Part shown: positions 61,612-64,000 of the stretch, in pieces | How positions within the stretch are numbered: position 1 is the first letter of the stretch | How the letters are laid out: every line of letters starts with the position of its first letter | Made by a program: the position numbers and the translations under genes | Notes under the pieces: generated by a model | Databases searched by the model: none | What the model was told of the DNA's origin: nothing | What the model saw: only the letters and a program-made list of their open reading frames with translations | Origin: Squalus acanthias | Taxonomy: Eukaryota | DNA: 64,000 bases | Direction: 5' to 3' | NCBI GenBank assembly: GCA_030390025.1 | Contig: CM059438.1 | Span: 59,026,001-59,090,000 of the forward strand

Positions 61612-63255
61612 ATAAGAACATAAGAAACAGGAGCAGGAATAGGCCAATCGGCCCCTCATGGCTGATCCAATCTTGGCCTCAACACCACTTTCCCGCTCGC
61701 TCCCCATACCCCTTGACTCCCTTGTAGTTCAAATGTCTGTCCATCTCCGCCTTGAATATATTCAATGACTCCGCCTCCACAGCTCTCTGGGGTAGAGAAT
61801 TCCAAAGATTCACGACCCTCTGAGAGAAGAAATTCCTCCTCACCTCTGTCTTAAATGGGTGACCCCTTATTCTGAAACTATGCCCCCTAGTTCTAGATAC
61901 CCCCACTAGGGGAAACAGCCTCTCAGCCTCCACCCTGTCAATCCCCCTCAGAATCTTATATGTTTCAATAAGATCACCTCTCATTCTTCTAAAGTCCAAT
62001 GAGTATAGGCCCAACCTGCTCAACCTTTCATCATACGTCAACCCCTTCATCCCAGGAATCAACCGAGTGAACCTTCTCTGCACTGCCTCCTTAAATATGG
62101 AGACCAAAACTGTACGCAGTACTCCAGGTGCGGTCTCACCAGCACCCTGTAAAGTTGCATCAAGACTTCCCTACTTTTATACTCCATACCCCTTGCAATA
62201 AAGGCCAACATTCCATTAGCCTTCCTAATTACTTGCTGTACCTGCATGCTAACTTTTTATGTTTCATGTACTAGGAGCCCCAGATCCCTCTGTACTGCAG
62301 CATTTTGTAATCTCTCTCCATTTAAATAATAATTTGCTTTTTCATTCTTCCTTCCAAAGTGGATAACCTCACATTGTCCCACATTATACTCCATCTGCCA
62401 AATTTTTGCCCACTCACTTAACCTATCTATATCCCTTTGCAGACTCTTCGTGTCCTCCTCACAACTTGCTAACCCACCTATCTTTGTATCATCAGCAAAT
62501 TTGGCTACAGTACACTTGGTCCCTTCATCCAAGTCATTAATATAGATTGTAAATAGTTGAGGCCCCAGCACTAATCCCTGTGGCACCCCATTAGTTACTG
62601 GTTGCCAACCAGAAAATGACCCATTTATCCTGACTCTCTGTTTTCTGTTAGTTAGCCAATCCCCTATCCATGCCAATATATTACCCTCAACCCCGTGCGT
62701 TCTTATCTTGTGCAGTAACCTTTTATGTGGCACCTTATCAAATGCTTTCTGGAAATCCAAATACACTACATCTACTGGTTCCCCTTTATCCACCCTGTTT
62801 GTTACTTCCTCAAAGAACTCCAGCAAATTTGTCAAACATGATTTCCCTTTCATAAAACCATGTTGACTCTGCTCGATTGTATTATGATTTTCTAAATGTC
62901 CTGCTATTACCTCCTTAATAATGGATTCCAGCATTTTCCCAATGACAGATGTTAGGCTAACTGGCCTATAGTTTCCTGCTTTTTGTCTCCCTCCTTTCTT
63001 GAATAGTGGCGTTACATTTGTGGTTTTCCAATCCGGTGGGACCTCTCCAGAATCCAGGGAATTTTGGTAGATTACAACCAACGCATCCACTATCTCTGCA
63101 GCCACCTCTTTTAAGACCCTAGGATGCAGGCCATCAGGTCCAGGGGACTTGTCGGCCTTTAGCCCCATTAGTTTGCCCAGTACTTTTTCTCTAGTGATCG
63201 AGATGCTTTTACGTTCCTCCCTCCCTATAGCCCCTTGATTATCTATTATTAGCAT
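61612..63255 (-). mobile_element. CR1 LINE ORF2 (RT domain and C-terminus), 5' truncated
   Basis: KSPGPDGLHPRVLKE, NYRPVSLTS, YLDFQKAFDKV, GVPQG, KFADDTK; frameshifts downstream; tail. Confidence 0.95.
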
Positions 63256-63345
63256 TGGTGCTCAAGCCACAGACACCAAGTACTCGCAGTTTGCCACACT
63301 CGATTAGACAGAACTCAGCTCTGCATGATACTTCACGATATGACC

Positions 63346-63730
63346 AAGTTAATTAAAGACTGCAGGATTTGGCAATGTTCGACTAACACCAGTGTGGTTT
63401 TAGCCACTGTACTTTCCACTCACCCCGGGGCTTCGTTGTGTGAGCAGAGCATGAACTAAAGTCACACAGACCAGAAAGTCCCAGATTCCAGCCCGGGACT
63501 GCACTGATCCCACCTGGGTTAGCTTAGGCCTACAGCCAGGGGTCTTGCTCCTGATCATTATCTGCCAAGTCCCATTGGAAGATACCTGTATGTTTATTGG
63601 GTGAGGATAGGATTGGGTGACGCCTCCTGTGGTTGAGTAGCCGTCTGCACCTCTTTCCAGGCTCCCTGGAGAAAATGGTCAGTGGGTTGAGGAGTCCTGG
63701 TGTCCATGGATCCATAGCTAATCCAGGAGA
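63346..63730. repeat. Inverted duplication, arm 2
   Basis: Reverse complement of 60021-60405. Confidence 0.95.
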
Positions 63731-63749
63731 AGTCAACGTACACCAGGAC

Positions 63750-63958
63750 AAGAAAGACTTGCATTTCTATAGCGCCCTTCATGACCTCAGGACGTCCCAA
63801 AGCGCTTCACAGCCAATAAAGTATTTTTGCAGTGTAGTCACTGTTGTAATATAGGAAACGCAGCAGCCAATTTGCGCACAGCAAGCTCCCACAAACAGCA
63901 ATGCAATAATGACCGAATTATCAGTTTTAGTGATGTTGGGTAAGAGATAAATATTGAG
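63750..63958 (-). mobile_element. SacSINE1-like 3' part
   Basis: AAGACTTGCATTTCTATAGCGCC...CCCAAAGCGCTTCACAGCC. Confidence 0.85.
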
Positions 63959-64000
63959 GATGTAACTGGTAGAATAGATAAGGGAGAACCAGTGGATGTG

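Overview
Eukaryotic (vertebrate) DNA made almost entirely of repeats. The SINE/LINE families (SacSINE1-like DeuSINE, HE1-like V-SINE, CR1, L2) point to a cartilaginous fish, probably a shark; this is an inference from recalled consensus sequences. No host protein-coding gene could be supported. The window holds five PIF/Harbinger DNA transposon copies from two families, each with a DDE transposase and a convergent spliced Myb/SANT gene. One copy (55826-59969) appears fully intact: TIRs, 3-bp TSD, 386-aa transposase and a 3-exon 459-aa Myb-like protein. Also present are Harbinger-like MITEs; a Gmr1-type Gypsy relic bounded by inverted rather than direct LTR ends with a 4-bp TSD; two Penelope-derived inserts with minimal hammerhead ribozyme motifs, one a 96-bp-arm hairpin; a solo LTR hosting a five-level nest of insertions; several minisatellites; and local direct and inverted duplications. 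Boundaries of degenerate fragments are approximate and all alignments were done by eye.
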